Source: Rhynchobatus australiae
Lineage: Eukaryota
Assembly: GCA_034780895.1 (NCBI GenBank)
Contig: JAUZTB010000048.1
Span: forward strand, 36,912,205-36,976,204
Direction of reading: 5' to 3'
DNA: 64,000 bases
In this document: one piece after another, positions 11,661-24,779 of the stretch
How the letters are laid out: every line of letters starts with the position of its first letter
How positions within the stretch are numbered: the first letter of the stretch is position 1
Position numbers and translations under genes: made by a program
Notes under the pieces: generated by a model
Told to the model about the DNA's origin: nothing
What the model saw: only the letters and a program-made list of their open reading frames with translations
The model's database searches: none

Positions 11661-14600
11661 AGGCAAATTTGGCATCTGCTTCAAATCAATGAAATACCCC
11701 AATGTTCAGTTAACATTGGGAAAAATATATATCTGGGGATTTATTGGATTTGAATGATTAGTTTTCCTGTATAATTCACTCACGCCAAAATCATTCATAC
11801 AACATAGATCCTGACCACTTAGGTCGGGTGTGAGATCATCTTCTCCCATGACAAGTTCGTGAAAGCAGTAGTTCAATGGATTAAATGTGTAAACTCAGTT
11901 TTTCCACAAACTACAAGTGTGATTACAGTTCAAATAAGTAACTGGCTCTAACACAGTTTGGGATGTTGTGTGTTCAGTTTACAAGCAAGTCTTTTTATCC
12001 AATTACCAACTTGTATGAGCACTCTTTTACTGATACAATGGTGAAAGAACGCCTGTTGAACTTGTTTTTATCAAATCTATACTGTTTTATCCCCCACCTT
12101 TCTCCTCTCATCACACTTCTCCATATTTCTTTAACAATACTTCTCCTCCTTCATGTTGTAGGGTTTGATGGGATTGTTTTCCTTCATAGCTGGACCATTC
12201 CATGTTTTGGCTTACGCTCACTAAATGTGTATGCATCGAGGACACTCGGAAAGGGTGTGTAAAAATTTATCTCAAATGTTCAAACATCACCCATTCAATT
12301 TGGTTAAATTGTCAATTCTAAATATAAATGTAGCTTCCAGGCTTTGGTTGTTCAGAATCAAGATCACATCCACAAGTCACTATCCACAAGGTTCAATTAT
12401 TTATTATTTTCTCTGTGTTAACTGGGTCATTTCCTACCATTAAGCATTGAGTTTACTGACTAGAGCTACAAGCCATTTGAGCACATCCAATTTATATTTG
12501 CAATGATTAGATCAGAGCTAAAAAAAACCTCTTGTATTTGCACAATGTTATAGAATATCCCAAATATGCAAGGAAACCAGTTACATTCCAGTAGCTACAC
12601 AGTATATGGAAAATTATAGAAATAGGAAAGGCAAGTTATAGTGTTGTAATGATTATCTGCTGTCCCCCTGTCTAGCTTAAATACTGCAGTTGTAATCAAT
12701 GTTTAGATATTCTTGTCCAGTGAAATACACATAATGGAACCCTGGTGAATCAATGGGAGTATGACACAATTCTACACCCAAATTCTGAACTTCTAGATCT
12801 GATTTCTAAAACAGCAACCATGCAATTAAATTAATTCTTCTTAAAAGATCATTTTCAATAACCCAAAAAAGCATTCAAACCCAAAATTACAATGTCATTC
12901 AGATTCCAACTGTAAAAATGAGACCCGTGTCCAACCCGTGCTTACATTGGCACAGATATCAATGAAAATCTTGCAATTACAAGATATCGGTGGCCAATTC
13001 TGACTCAAACCAGGAGGGGATGCTCTCTCACTGATGACATAAAAATGTCTCTCTAGTACCCTTCTGACCCATTTTGATAATTGGTTTGAAAGAGAGGGTT
13101 ACAAATTCATCCTGTTATACATACAATAATGTAATGGCTCCTCAGTGAACTCTGAATTCAGTCACCAATGGAATTCAATTTCAGAAGCAGAGTTCAATGT
13201 GCATGTGTTACTGTATTATGCATTTAAAATACACAACAGAAGATGAATCTCAACTCAATTATGTTGATAATCTGTACAAAACATACAATTCTATATCCAT
13301 TGCATTTTTAAAGTTATTGTCTGATGTATAAAAATCTTCAGAAGATTTAAGCTTTGCTATAATGCACTTAGTACCTCGGTAAGACTGAACAGAGAAATCA
13401 GGGCCTCACCTTGTTCTTAACATTTACCAAGGAAATCTGCCTCTGCCTCAGTCTCCAATGACCTGCCAATCCCCTACGTCCCACCTACTTTGAGCAGTTT
13501 GAGATAAAGCAGTTTCTTAGCTTTACAGCTGGTGAACGCAATTCAGAGCTGAACATCCCTGCCTCCACTGCGTACTCTCTCGCTTGAAGAACATTTTCAC
13601 TTGCAACAAAAGCCTTAATAACAGTTTCCCCAATGGTGTTTGCTTGCAAGAAACAGTTAATCAAGCCAAAGTGCGACAAGACAGAGGGAGAAGGAAGGGA
13701 GCTGATGGATAAGAATAGAAGCACTATGCAGAGTCATTGGGCCAATCAATGCTACTTTATAAAATGTATTACTCCATTAAAAGTAAAGCTGAAAACCATT
13801 ACTGATTTCCTGCAGGGAATATGAAATGCCAAGTCAGGGAGACTGCCAAGGTTCAAGAGCCCAGGCTCACACATGAAGTCTGGCCACTTGGATGAGGTAC
13901 AAAAGGGTTGCCATTTAATACTAATGCAGCAAAGAATCAATGGCTTCAGTAGAGTATAAAGAAAAGCAGTGGAAAAAGATGACAAAGACAGAATTTGAGG
14001 TGAGTATTAGTTCCAAGTGCAAGCTCTTTATCATTTATGGCATTAAGATTTTTTTTAATGGGCAGCTTTATTTATGCACTCAGTTTCTCCTGTCTACTAG
14101 TTCCTATTTACAGCCTATTCTTCATGGCCTTGTAATTACTTGCTGAACACCATATGCTCACTGACTCCCAAAATTAATCACTAAATCAAAAATCAACAAT
14201 AAAACTTCTTTTGTATAATTTGTGCCTTTCTCATTTAAATCAGAAATGTGCACTCTGAGCATCTAAAGTCAGTTTCCAGCTGGTTAAATTGTTATTCTGG
14301 AACTCCAATTGCAATGACTTAACCAAAGTGCTTTGACTGGACTGATACACAGGATCAGAACATGGGACAGGGAAACCCAACACACAGTACAGCATTATTG
14401 TTTAAAGTCCAAAGCACACAATGTCATATCATCTGAAAACTTCTGTCATAAAAATTAAAGCTCACTGGCTAAATTCCTGTGGCAATATTCAGACTGAAAG
14501 CAAATTGGTGTCTACACATATCTTACACCAAGTATTCAAGTCCCATGATATTTATCTACATTTTCACACCTGTGCATTGTATACTTATCTCATAGCTTGC

Positions 14601-15219
14601 CTCCTCGCTAGATATACTCTGTCCTTTCCGCCTGCCATTTTCAAAACATTTCTCACTTTTAATTTTCCATCTGTACGTGCCTCTGCCTCTTTTTACTGAG
14701 ATCATGTTTGTAATATCTTTACTTTCAGTTGAATCATCTTCACAGAACCCATGAATCAGAGTCAGGCACTTAGACAGACAAACGTCGTGGATCCATTCTC
14801 TCCGCCTGTTCTGGTCCTTCTGCTCACGAAGAGTCGTATATTGGAGGAGGGCTTACTGATTTTCACAAAAAGACCACATTCTGGCAAAGGGAAGAAAATG
14901 CTGCATGCTTTATAACCTTCAATGGGACAAGTCCATGAAGACTTCTGGACAATGGGAGACACCTCCTCCGGGTGCAATGCAAATGTTGATAACAGAAACG
15001 AGAAGCAGATTCAGTGCAAACTCCTCAAGAATCATGCATCACAAGTGCCACACAGTTTGTCAAATTGTGTTCAGTTGTAAACAAAATTAATTCTTTTTTG
15101 ATGAACGGTGGCAGATTTGAAGTCACACACGGCGGCCAATTTGCCATAGCAACACTTCAAACACTACTGCAATACCTGCAGTCTGGTCACTGCCCTATAG
15201 GAAGGATGATCCCTCTGTG

Positions 15220-15652
15220 GGGGAGATTCACCGGCATGTTGTTGGATGGAGCATTTCAGTTTTGAAGAGAGACTGAAGAGGCGGGGTTTGTTTTCAATGG
15301 TGCAAAGAGGGGGAATCCCAATTATTAAGGCATACAAAATTATGAGTGGCATACACAGGGTTGATAGTAGGAAACTTCCTCATTGATGTCCAAACTAGAC
15401 AGCATAGGTTCAGAGTAAGGGGGAAAGGGTTTTGAAGAAATCTAGGGAGGAATTTTTTTCCCCACCCAGAGAGCAGTTGGAGTCTGGAGCATGCTGCCTG
15501 AACAGGGTGAAAGAGGCAGGATCAGGCAAGCAGCATCTTGAAACACCACAACCCAAGTGCTGGTAAATGGGCTTAGTATAATGGGTACTTGATGGTCAGC
15601 ATGGACATGGTGGGCTGAAGGGTCTGTTTCTGTGCTGTTTCACTCTATGAGA
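15220..15652 (+). mobile_element. CR1 LINE 3' fragment
   Basis: Degenerate RFTGML...ERLKRRGLFS; tail gggctgaagggtctgtttctgtgctg. Confidence 0.7.
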
Positions 15653-16359
15653 ACCATCAACAAAAGGAAATTGACTCAGAGATCAGTCATCCTGATAAGG
15701 GAAGCTTATTATCTTAAGCAGGAAAAGAATCTTCATTTAACATTTATCTGACCTTTGCCACACTCACTTTTTGAATGCATAAATAAAAAACTTCAATTTG
15801 CATCTCCAAAATAAAAGAATGGGTGTGGGGATAAGTAATCTGCGATAATGTAGCAAGCAATCGATGTATATACTCCATGAAGTATAGGCAAAAATGTGCG
15901 ACTTGTACACACAGCCAACACTTTCGTCAAGTCAGACTCTACAAACCAGATAGAACAACCAGAATTTTTTCAGAAGCATGCAGGAATAGGGAGTTACTGA
16001 AGTTGGTACAAATAGTACAATGTTCAAATAGTTTATTCTGGTGTTAAATTGATGTAGCTCCTAAATGCATATCCTTCAATTGACTTTTCAGACAAATGCT
16101 TCTCAAAAAAAGATGGAACTAAATTCACTTCCTCACAAACATTTTACTTTCTGTGGGACGGTCTTGCCAACATATAAACTATGGCAAACATTAAGCCATA
16201 GTTAACCAGCACACTAATTGGATCAGATTCTTATTTAGCCTTGTATTTCAAAAGCCAGTTATGCGAGACCAAGGTAGTTTACTCAAACAACAGAACCAAG
16301 AATTACATGAAAGTATGCCAATATCTTTGATATTTAAGTAACATTGCATTGATATTTAG

Positions 16360-16818
16360 TAAGGATGCTGCCTGGAATGCAGAACATGCTTTATGAAAGC
16401 AGGTTGAGGGAACTTGGCCTTTTCTCCTTGGAGAGACGGACGATGAGGGGGGACCTAATAGAGGTGCATGAGATGATGAGAGGTATTGACCGGGTAGTCA
16501 GAGGCTTTTCCCCAGGGCTGAAATGGTGGCCACAAGAGGACATAGGTTTAAGGTGCTGGGGAGTAGATATAGAAGAGATGTCCAGGGAAAGTATTTTTTC
16601 ACTCAGAGTAGTGAGTGCATGGAATGGGCTGCCAGAAACGGCGGTGGAAGCGGATTTGATAGGGTCTTTCAAGAGACTGTTAGATGGGTACATGGAGCTG
16701 AGTAAAATAAAGGGCTATGGGTAAGCCTAGTAATTTCTAGGTTAGGGACGTGTTTGGCACAGCTTTGTAGGCCGAAGGGCCTGAATTGTGCTGTAGTTTT
16801 TCTATGTTTCTGTTTCTA
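16360..16818 (+). mobile_element. CR1 LINE 3' fragment (relatively young)
   Basis: MLPG..YESRLRELGLFSLERRTMRGDLIEV...WNGLP...FKRLLDGYMELSKIKGYG plus tail. Confidence 0.88.
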
Positions 16819-16829
16819 TTTGTCCTAGG

Positions 16830-17286
16830 AGGCCATCATTTATCTGTTTGTGCCCACGTTCACCAAAGAGCTATTCAGATGGATTTAATTTCCTAGCTCT
16901 CAGCCAGCATCGCTGTACACTATAGTACATTGCGCTTGTCTAGGTACTTTTGTATGTATTGAAGATTCTCTGCCTGTAAGGTGATAGAGACAGAGTTCCA
17001 CAGCCCTGTTATTTTGGTAAAAATATTTCTCTTCAACAGACTTCTAATTATTCTGTCAATTACTTTAAATCTATATTCCCAGAATATTAACCTGCTGTGA
17101 ATGGGAATGAACTTTACTCTTAACCATATCCAGGATTCTTTTTCACAATTCAATCTCCATTGGCTTCCTCTGTTACAATGAAGAAGCCACAACCAAGCCA
17201 GTCTCTCTTCATAACTGGACTTCAATAACACTGGCAATATCTTTTGTAATTTTCTCTGCTTCCTCTCTAATCTTGTAACATCCTTC
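16830..17286 (-). mobile_element. Old CR1 3' fragment
   Basis: KDVTRLERKQRK...SSYEERL...GLWNS within ORF 16920-17423. Confidence 0.55.
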
Positions 17287-17775
17287 AGAATCAGGTTTAT
17301 TATCACTGATGTAGGTCGTGAACTTTGTTGTGTTATGGCGGCAGTACAGTGCAAGACACAAAAATGAGTATAAATTGCAAATAAATAAATAGTGCAGAAG
17401 AGTAATAATGAGGTGGTGTTCATGGACTGTTCAGAAATCTAATGGCAGAGGGGAAGAAGCTGTTCCTAAAATGTTGAGTGTGGGTCTTCAGTCTCCTGTA
17501 CCTCCTCCCTGATGATAGTAATGAGAAGAGGGCATGTCCTGGATGGTGAAGGTCCTTAATGATGGATGCTGCCTTCTTGAGGCACTGCCTCTTGAAGATG
17601 TCCTCAATGGTGGGGAGAGTTCTGCCTGTGATGGAGCTGGCTGAGTCTACAAGTCTCTGCTGCCTCTTTCAATCCTGCACATCGGAGCCTCCATACCAGA
17701 CAGTGTTGCAGCCAGTCAGTATGCTCTCCACTGTACATCTGTAGAAATTTGCAAGAATCTTCAGTGACATCATGA
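17287..17775 (-). mobile_element. Rex/Babar LINE 3' end
   Basis: Reverse complement of FYRCTVESILTGCNTVWYG...IIKDLHHPGH; tail cagtgataataaacctgattc. Confidence 0.8.
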
Positions 17776-17970
17776 GAAGTATATTCAGTTTCATTTTGAC
17801 CTTCCTCCCCTTGTGCCTTAATCCTGCTTCTTGGCCAACTATGAGTATTTCAGTCTACAAATGAGTAGTTTCATTGTCCTTTGCTCCACACAATGATGCG
17901 AGAAAATTCCAGGCTGTTCCATTGCAATTTTTCATCCAGTCTAACATTGGGTCAATGTTTGCCTTTCCAG

Positions 17971-18105
17971 GACTGTGGCATGGAGCTGAATGATGAGGAG
18001 GATCACCGTTGCTATCCATTGGACGGACATTTGCTTTGTCACACTTGCCACCTAAAACATATTGACAGTGAGACACCTGGCTCCATCTACCAGCCTAAAT
18101 ACTAG
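17971..18105 (+). CDS. LIMD1: Terminal coding exon of LIM domain-containing protein 1 (second half of LIM3 plus C-terminus)
   Basis: Acceptor tgtttgcctttccag|GAC, phase 0. Translates DCGMELNDEEDHRCYPLDGHLLCHTCHLKHIDSETPGSIYQPKY*. As recalled, this matches the LIMD1 last exon (DCGLELNDEDGHRCYPLEDHLFCHSCH) better than WTIP or AJUBA. Confidence 0.88.
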   Translation, partial: DCGMELNDEEDHRCYPLDGHLLCHTCHLKHIDSETPGSIYQPKY

Positions 18106-19145
18106 GCGCACCAATGACTGGTTTATTGCAAGACCATTTAGATTGATGATGAAGTGCTGCAATTCAACAATGCCCAGAGAGCAAAGGCAATCCAAGGTTT
18201 CCAAGCATATTGTGCATGACTGCCTGTGGGTTTCAGAGAGAGAGAGACAAGGCAAAATGGGACATCTTTGGCTTTTGATACATAATGCTTTCTTTCAAAA
18301 CATTTTGAAAATATCCTAAGTGATCAGAAAAGGCTGATCCATTATGGAACTCCTTTTCACTTAAATGTGATATTGCAGACATCTATTGTTGGATCAGGTT
18401 TTATTTCAATTAGATTTGCAATGAATACACAAAAGATTCTCAATTTTAGTGATTGCACACATTGACAGAGAGAATTTGTTGTACCGTTTATTTCCCAAGA
18501 GAAAATGCGAGGAATGATCTGGTGCAAGATTAATGTGGCAGGCTCAGAATACAATAGAACATTTACAAAAATATGTGGTTATATTGGTGCTGTTTTCTGC
18601 TTGCACTTGGTCTGTATTTCAATTGTAAAAAGATAATCTCTAGACATAATTGTGATTAATATCACACCAAGGATCTTGATTTGAACAATATTTTTCCAGG
18701 CTAAACAGCAGCTGTGTCCAGTTATTCCGGAGTTTGTTTGGCAACGGACTGTTTAAAAGCTGGCTTCCTTGTTTCACAAAACCTTCCCTGAAAATTTCTC
18801 TGGATGTTCTACAGTTGTGATCTTGGCCACTCTATAATATTGGAACATCATTATAAAAATATTTTCAAGAAATACATTATTTTAAGAGGGCTCCTAGAGT
18901 ATTAGGATGAATTTAGAAAATGCTTAATTTGTACTTTTTCCTCAGTTCTGAGATTTTCTAACACCCTGCATGTATTTTAATGTTCAATACTTTAAACAGC
19001 CAAAAAATTTGAAGTGAGTGAACAAATTGAGAAGACTGTAAACTGAACTTCCATTTAAAAAAAAATTGTCTGAAATGTACTTCCATTTTATGTACACATT
19101 GCAATCTGCTGTCTTAAAAATAAACAGATGACTCCTTTTTAAAAA
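18106..19145 (+). other. LIMD1: Probable LIMD1 3' UTR with polyadenylation signal AATAAA at 19119-19124
   Basis: About 1 kb of AU-rich sequence with no recognised TE after the stop. AATAAA is followed by T/GT-rich sequence. The end position is inferred. Confidence 0.55.
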
Positions 19146-19789
19146 ATGCTTTGTTATTTGGGGGGCAGGGGGTTGGGGCTGTTATATAGGGTGGTGGTTT
19201 AATTTTTTTACTTCAGTTTTTTTTTCATTTTAATTGTCATGGCACCAAAATTTCTCTAAACAAAATATGCGGGGAAACTGTTCTAGCAACATTTTCCTTG
19301 CATACTGGTGATATGTTATTCCTGTTTGATGGAGCAAAGTATTCCACTCATTAGAAGCAGACTAATGAAATATTCATGCACTATGCACAGTAATATAGCA
19401 TCTCTAGCAATGACATTGTAATTGATGAAAGCAGTCACAATTGGAGGGGAATGTGGGGGTGGTTACATGTAGTTTTGATCTCAAAAGGAATTCAAAGCAA
19501 GCCCAAACATAAAGAATCCAATTCTTTCAATCTGTCTCATGGAAAACAAACTGCTGATGTTGAAAATCTAAATGATAAACTGAAAATGCGGCAGATCAAG
19601 CCAAACTATTGAAATTGATTTGAAATGTAATCTTCACAGATTATTGTGGACTTTGGGTGTTGCAAGAAGTGGTTTGATATGGGGGGTGAAGGGGGATGGG
19701 AATAAGAGGTGCAAGGAATAATTGGAGAGAGAGGTGCAGAGAGTGGCAATGGTGAGGGAAGAGCTGGATCTTGTAATATTCTTAAGCAA

Positions 19790-19885
19790 CAAACTGGAAT
19801 TAAAATGTAAAATGCTGGAATTATCCAATAGGTTGGGTAGCATCTGTGGTGACAGAATATTACATTTCAGGTTCGTGACCTTGTT
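19790..19885 (-). mobile_element. Penelope pseudo-LTR remnant
   Basis: aaatgctggaattatccaataggttgggtagcatctgtgg...atttcaggttcgtgacctt resembles the left arm at 4749. Confidence 0.45.
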
Positions 19886-20394
19886 ATTCTTCTTATTCAA
19901 TGGCTGGATTTCCAAATTCAATTCTAAGTTTTTCATCTGGGTGCTGTTTTATTATTAAGAGAATTGATGTACAGTTAGTAAGCATAAAGATATTGGCCAG
20001 AAACACAGCAAGCTACTCTCACTCAAACAACTTTGTGTAAGATTACATAGAATTTTACAGCACGGAAGTGGGAAATTTGGTCCAGCAAGTCCATGGTGAA
20101 TATTCACTCTCTCTTTTGTGATGCAGCTTCCCCTCAAATGCATTCAGCTGTGTGGTTCAATCTTTCTGTGCATTACTGATGTACATTCTCACTCATCTTC
20201 ATTTTCATATTTCCATGGTGTTGCTGGTCCATACCTCAAAGCTCCTCCACCTTTTAAAGATCTGTGCAATTCTGGCTTTGTGATAATATCTGAATTTAAT
20301 CTCTTGCCATTGGCAGTTATGCCTGAAGCTGTACAGGACTTAACACCCACCCATAACACTTCTGCCTCACTTTTCTCTCTTCTGAAAGATGCCC

Positions 20395-20865
20395 TTAATT
20401 TTTTTTATACAACATTTGCTGCCTATCCCCAATTGCCCTTGAGAAGATCAGGCCATCTTTTTGAGCTACATTCTGTGACGAAGGTGTACTCGCAATACTG
20501 CTAGGTAAAGAGTGCCAGGATTTAGATCTTGTAGCAATGAAGGAACAGCTATATTTTCACAAGTGAGGATGGGGTGAAACCTAGAGGGAAACTGTCGGAA
20601 TTCCCACATTCCTTTTGCTCTTTTCCTTCCTGGTGGATTTGGGAAGTGCTGTCAAAATTGGTTAAGTGAGTAACAATAGTGCATTTCTCAGATGGTGTAC
20701 ACTGTAGCCAGTGTGCTGGTGGGGGATGGAATGAATATTTAGGATGGTGAATAGGCGCCAGTCAAGCAGCCATTACTTCCTGGATGGTGTTGCTTGAGTA
20801 TTGCTGGAGCAATATTCAAGCAGCTCAACACCATCCAGGCCAATGCAGAGTATTCCATCATATGA
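20395..20865 (-). mobile_element. CR1-group LINE 3' end (family with ttctcaagggcaatt tail)
   Basis: Similar to 48331-48910 and 32700-33140. Confidence 0.55.
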
Positions 20866-20877
20866 TGATCTTTGCAT

Positions 20878-22160
20878 CCTTACTGGTGACAGGAGTAGTG
20901 AGAGATGATTGGAGAGTGGCAAATATTGTTCCTTTGTTCAAGAAAGGGAGTAGGGATAACCCTGGGAATTACAGAGCAGTGAATCTTACTTCAGTGGTGG
21001 GCAAATTACTGGAGAAGATTCTTAGAAACAGGATTTATGGGCATTTGGAGAAGCACAGGCTGATTAGGGATAGTCAGCGGAGCTTTGTGAGGGGCAGGTC
21101 ATGCAACACAAGCTTGATTGGATTCTTTGAGGATGTGACAAAGCACACTGATGAAGGTAGAGCAGTGTATGTGAATTTTAGTAAGGCATTTTGATAAGGC
21201 TTATTCAGAAAGTCAGGAGGCATAGGATCCAGGGAAACTTGGCTGTGTGGATTCAGAATTGGCTTGCTCATAGAAGATAGAGGGTGATGGTAGATGGAGC
21301 ATATTCTGCCTGGAGGTTGGTGACCAGTGGTGTTCCACAGGGATCTGTTCTGGGACCCCTCCTCTTTGTGATTTTATAACTGACTTGGATGAGGATGTGG
21401 AGAGGTGGGTTAGTAAGTTAGCTGATGACATGAAAGTTGGTGGTGTTGTGGATAGTGTAGAAGGTTGCTGTACATTACAACTGGACATTGATAGCATGCT
21501 GAGAAGTGGCAGATGGAGTTCAACCCAGATAAGTGTGAAGTGATACACTTTGAAAGATCGAATTTGAAGGCAGAATACAAGGTTAATGGCAGGACTCTTA
21601 GCAGTGTGGAGGACCAGAGGATCTTGGGGTCCACGTCCATAGATCCCTCAAGGTTGCCATGCAGGTTGATAGGGTTGTTATGATGGCAAATGGTGTGTTG
21701 GCCTTCATTAGTCAGGGCATTGAGTTCAAGAACCATGAGGTAATGTTGCAGCTTGATAGAACTCTGGTTAGACCACACTTGGAGTATTGTGTTCAGTTCT
21801 GGTCGCCTCATTATAGGAAGGATTTGGAAGCTTTAGAGAGGGTGCAGAGGAGATTTACCAGGATGCTGCCTGGTTTGGAGAGTACGTCTTATGAGGATAG
21901 GTTGAGTGAGCTAGGGCTTTTCTCTTTGGAGCGAAGGAGGATGAGAGGTGACTTGATAGAGATGTATAAGATGATAAATGGCATAGATTGAGTGGACAGT
22001 CAGAGACTTTTTCCCAGAGCAACAATGGCTAACATGAGGGGCTATAAGTTTATGGTGATTTGAGGAAGGTATTTGGGGGGGTGTCAAGAGTAAGTTTTTT
22101 TTTACAGAGTGGTGAGTGCGTGGAAAGCACTGCCTGCAGAGGTTGTGGGGCAGATACCTT
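20878..22160 (+). mobile_element. CR1 LINE ORF2 reverse transcriptase region, frameshifted
   Basis: DWRVANIVPLFKKGSRDNPGNYRAVNLTSVVGK; [16 protein letters not shown]; KLADD; LVRPHLEYCVQFWSPHY. Confidence 0.93.
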
Positions 22161-22305
22161 AGGGTTAATTGGCCACTGTAGGTTATATAACTTACAAGAA
22201 CATGGGGAGAATAGGTTGCAGAGAAAATTAGTGGGGGAAAGGGATTCCATTGGGATAGACTTGACTGGCCAAATGGTGGCATCTGATGTCTTAAAGAAGT
22301 ATGAC
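22161..22305 (+). mobile_element. V-SINE (HE1-like) 3' half
   Basis: ggttaattggccactgta...atggggagaataggtt...tggccaaatgg. Confidence 0.45.
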
Positions 22306-23754
22306 ATTTAAAGATGAGAAAATGATTGAAGACTCCAGAGAGACTCAGCATTTAAAGCCAGGTTTGGTTATGAGGTCCGAAGGTCACTAAGGTTACCTGA
22401 GAGGAATCAAAATAGAAAGTATGATCAGATGATGAAGCTTCACGAAATTCAGAGAGAATTAAGTGGGCAAATGGAGAATTTAACTAGGAAGGAATGACTA
22501 GGATATTGAAAGAGAAAGAAGAGACAAACCTCCTAGGCATTGTCAAGAAATCAAAGGAGATGGATAATGTTTTTCAGTATTAACTATGATAACTGTTTCC
22601 ATGTGTATGAATAATAACACACACATCCTTGATGATCATTTTAGAAGTTAGCCTTTGCAATAACATCTGAGAAGGACCATCACCTGGTGGAAGACGGCGA
22701 AGCCCGCCAGTTCACTGTGAGTAAAAGCCTGAGACAAATAGGGAAGCACCAAACACCCGAGCCNNNNNNNNNNNNNNNNNNNNNNNNNNNNNNNNNNNNN
22801 NNNNNNNNNNNNNNNNNNNNNNNNNNNNNNNNNNNNNNNNNNNNNNNNNNNNNNNNNNNNNNNCCATTCTCCAAAATATGAATTACCTACTTAAATGATT
22901 ACTGCAATTCACTACTTGCTTTGACACCAATGAGATGAGGAAATTCAAAAGCAGGACCTCAGAACTCACTGGGATGTCATTAAGGGCTTTCCACTTCCAT
23001 CTCCTGTGATATTGCAGCTCTCATTTGCACACCTGTGTTAAGCAAATGTTAACAGATGGACAACACCTCATTCTCACTGCGACTATGGCAACACTCTCTG
23101 AAGAGGCAACCAGGCAACTAACTAGCTGATCTTTTACCACACAGAGTCAAATTTAAAAGTTCTTCTGCAGAGGAAAGGAACACTGGGAAGAAGACCAACT
23201 GTAGAAATCAATCATACTTTAATTTTGCTTATGCATCTGGTGGGTGTGGGAAAGGGACAAAGATTCAGTAATCAGAAGCAACATGTTTGGTTTTGATAAT
23301 GAATCTGCCTTCACTAATCTTTCAGTTTGATAAAGATGAGGAGAGTCAATAGACTTTGAGGCCAGGAGGTATCTCCGGTTTATCAGGAAGACTGCACAAG
23401 ATGGTGATTCACAGAAAAAAAACTCTCCAAGTTCATTTCCTGCCTACCACAGAGTCTCTTGAACTCCTTCCTCTCATCTAATCATTCCAGAATAATAACC
23501 AAAGATACAAATCTGCACAGTACACCCAAAGGAATGCTTCACGGGAAAAAGAGTTGCCCCCACCACAGTGAATACTGACAAGCTTTGTTATTCTACAGGC
23601 CCCTGAGCAAGACTTCTGAATTTGATATCTACAGTGTTACTGTACACGTGTGTGCACACACTGGGTCTACACACAGACAGCTTTTGTTCGGAAGCAAGAT
23701 ATCCAATTCAGTTTAACTGCAAAAGGTAATGTTTAACAACTGTGCAAACATTCA

Positions 23755-24121
23755 ACACTTTCGACGTGGATTTTATTTAAGCACTTAAAGGTTTGGAAGG
23801 ACATGGGCCAAGAGAGGCAAGGGAAAAAAACTCATTCCTCCGCTGCATCGAAGTAGAAAACACAACACAATCCATACAGAGAAAAAAGTAGTCCGAAGTG
23901 CAATTAAAGGTTACCACCATCCCGATAAACTTGTGTACACAGGAGGAAGTATGATCAGCAAAATAATGCTTGCGCCAAGGTCCAATATAGGTGACATTGT
24001 TGTTTTTCAGAGAGAAGCAAATACCAAAGTGGATGCTCCCAGTATAAATAGGATCTGGGCTGGCAGAGAGGCAATGGGCTGAAGGGTCTGCTTCAGTGCT
24101 ACACAATTCTATTTGCGAAGC
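23755..24121 (-). other. Candidate terminal exon of the ARHGAP39-like gene
   Basis: Acceptor cccatttgctaattttcag|G with a branch-point-like CTAAT. Minus-strand AATAAA at 23777-23772 is followed by GT-rich sequence. No homology support. Confidence 0.25.
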
Positions 24122-24325
24122 CTGAAAATTAGCAAATGGGCAATGACGTAAATTGATTATGTTCCCCATTGCGGGACCACTGAATCAATTTTTGGTTACN
24201 NNNNNNNNNNNNNNNNNNNNNNNNNNNNNNNNNNNNNNNNNNNNNNNNNNNNNNNNNNNNNNNNNNNNNNNNNNNNNNNNNNNNNNNNNNNNNNNNNNNG
24301 GGACCACTGAATCAATTTTTGGTTA

Positions 24326-24644
24326 CAAGGCTTCTCTGGGTAACAAATGGGTTCCATTTTTACAGACATCCATTGGTCAATTTTGTCTGTAAGTCAGAAA
24401 ATACACAAAAATCACTTGATATGGTAACTATACCTCTATGGTTTGTAATGAAATGACATAAACAGCACACGAGACGAGATAAGAGAGCATCACTAAATGT
24501 GGGGAGGGGGAGGAAACTAGTTCTCTGGTTCCTAGGAAAGAATGCACATTTACATCAGATTTTTGAGCTTTAACAACACTATCGGAGCTCACTGGTATGT
24601 AGGGATGTCTGTAAGTCAGGTGTTCGTAACCCAGGGATGGTCTG
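24326..24644. mobile_element. pogo/Tigger-like non-autonomous DNA transposon (MITE)
   Basis: Imperfect TIRs ta|caaggcttctctgggtaacaaa and ttcgtaacccagggatggtctg. The subterminal motif tgtctgtaagtcag occurs twice. Confidence 0.6.
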
Positions 24645-24779
24645 TGTATCAAAATAAAAGATTATAATCTGCTAATTAAACAAAATACTTAAAAGCCACC
24701 AGAATAATCAAACCATAACCGCTGCAACATTTGCTAAAAGGATGAGAAACTGTGCCTGCAATTGACAGTTCAATCAATA

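Noticed and set aside
14762-14977. Minus-strand ORF containing KPSS, as a pre-MyTH4 ARHGAP39 exon
   Set aside because: Only four residues match, and the expected following DIENWASKH-type motif is absent.
22645-22716. 72-nt plus-strand exon-like segment (KLAFAITSEKDHHLVEDGEARQFT)
   Set aside because: No recognisable homology or partner exons; it lies beyond the LIMD1 polyA signal.
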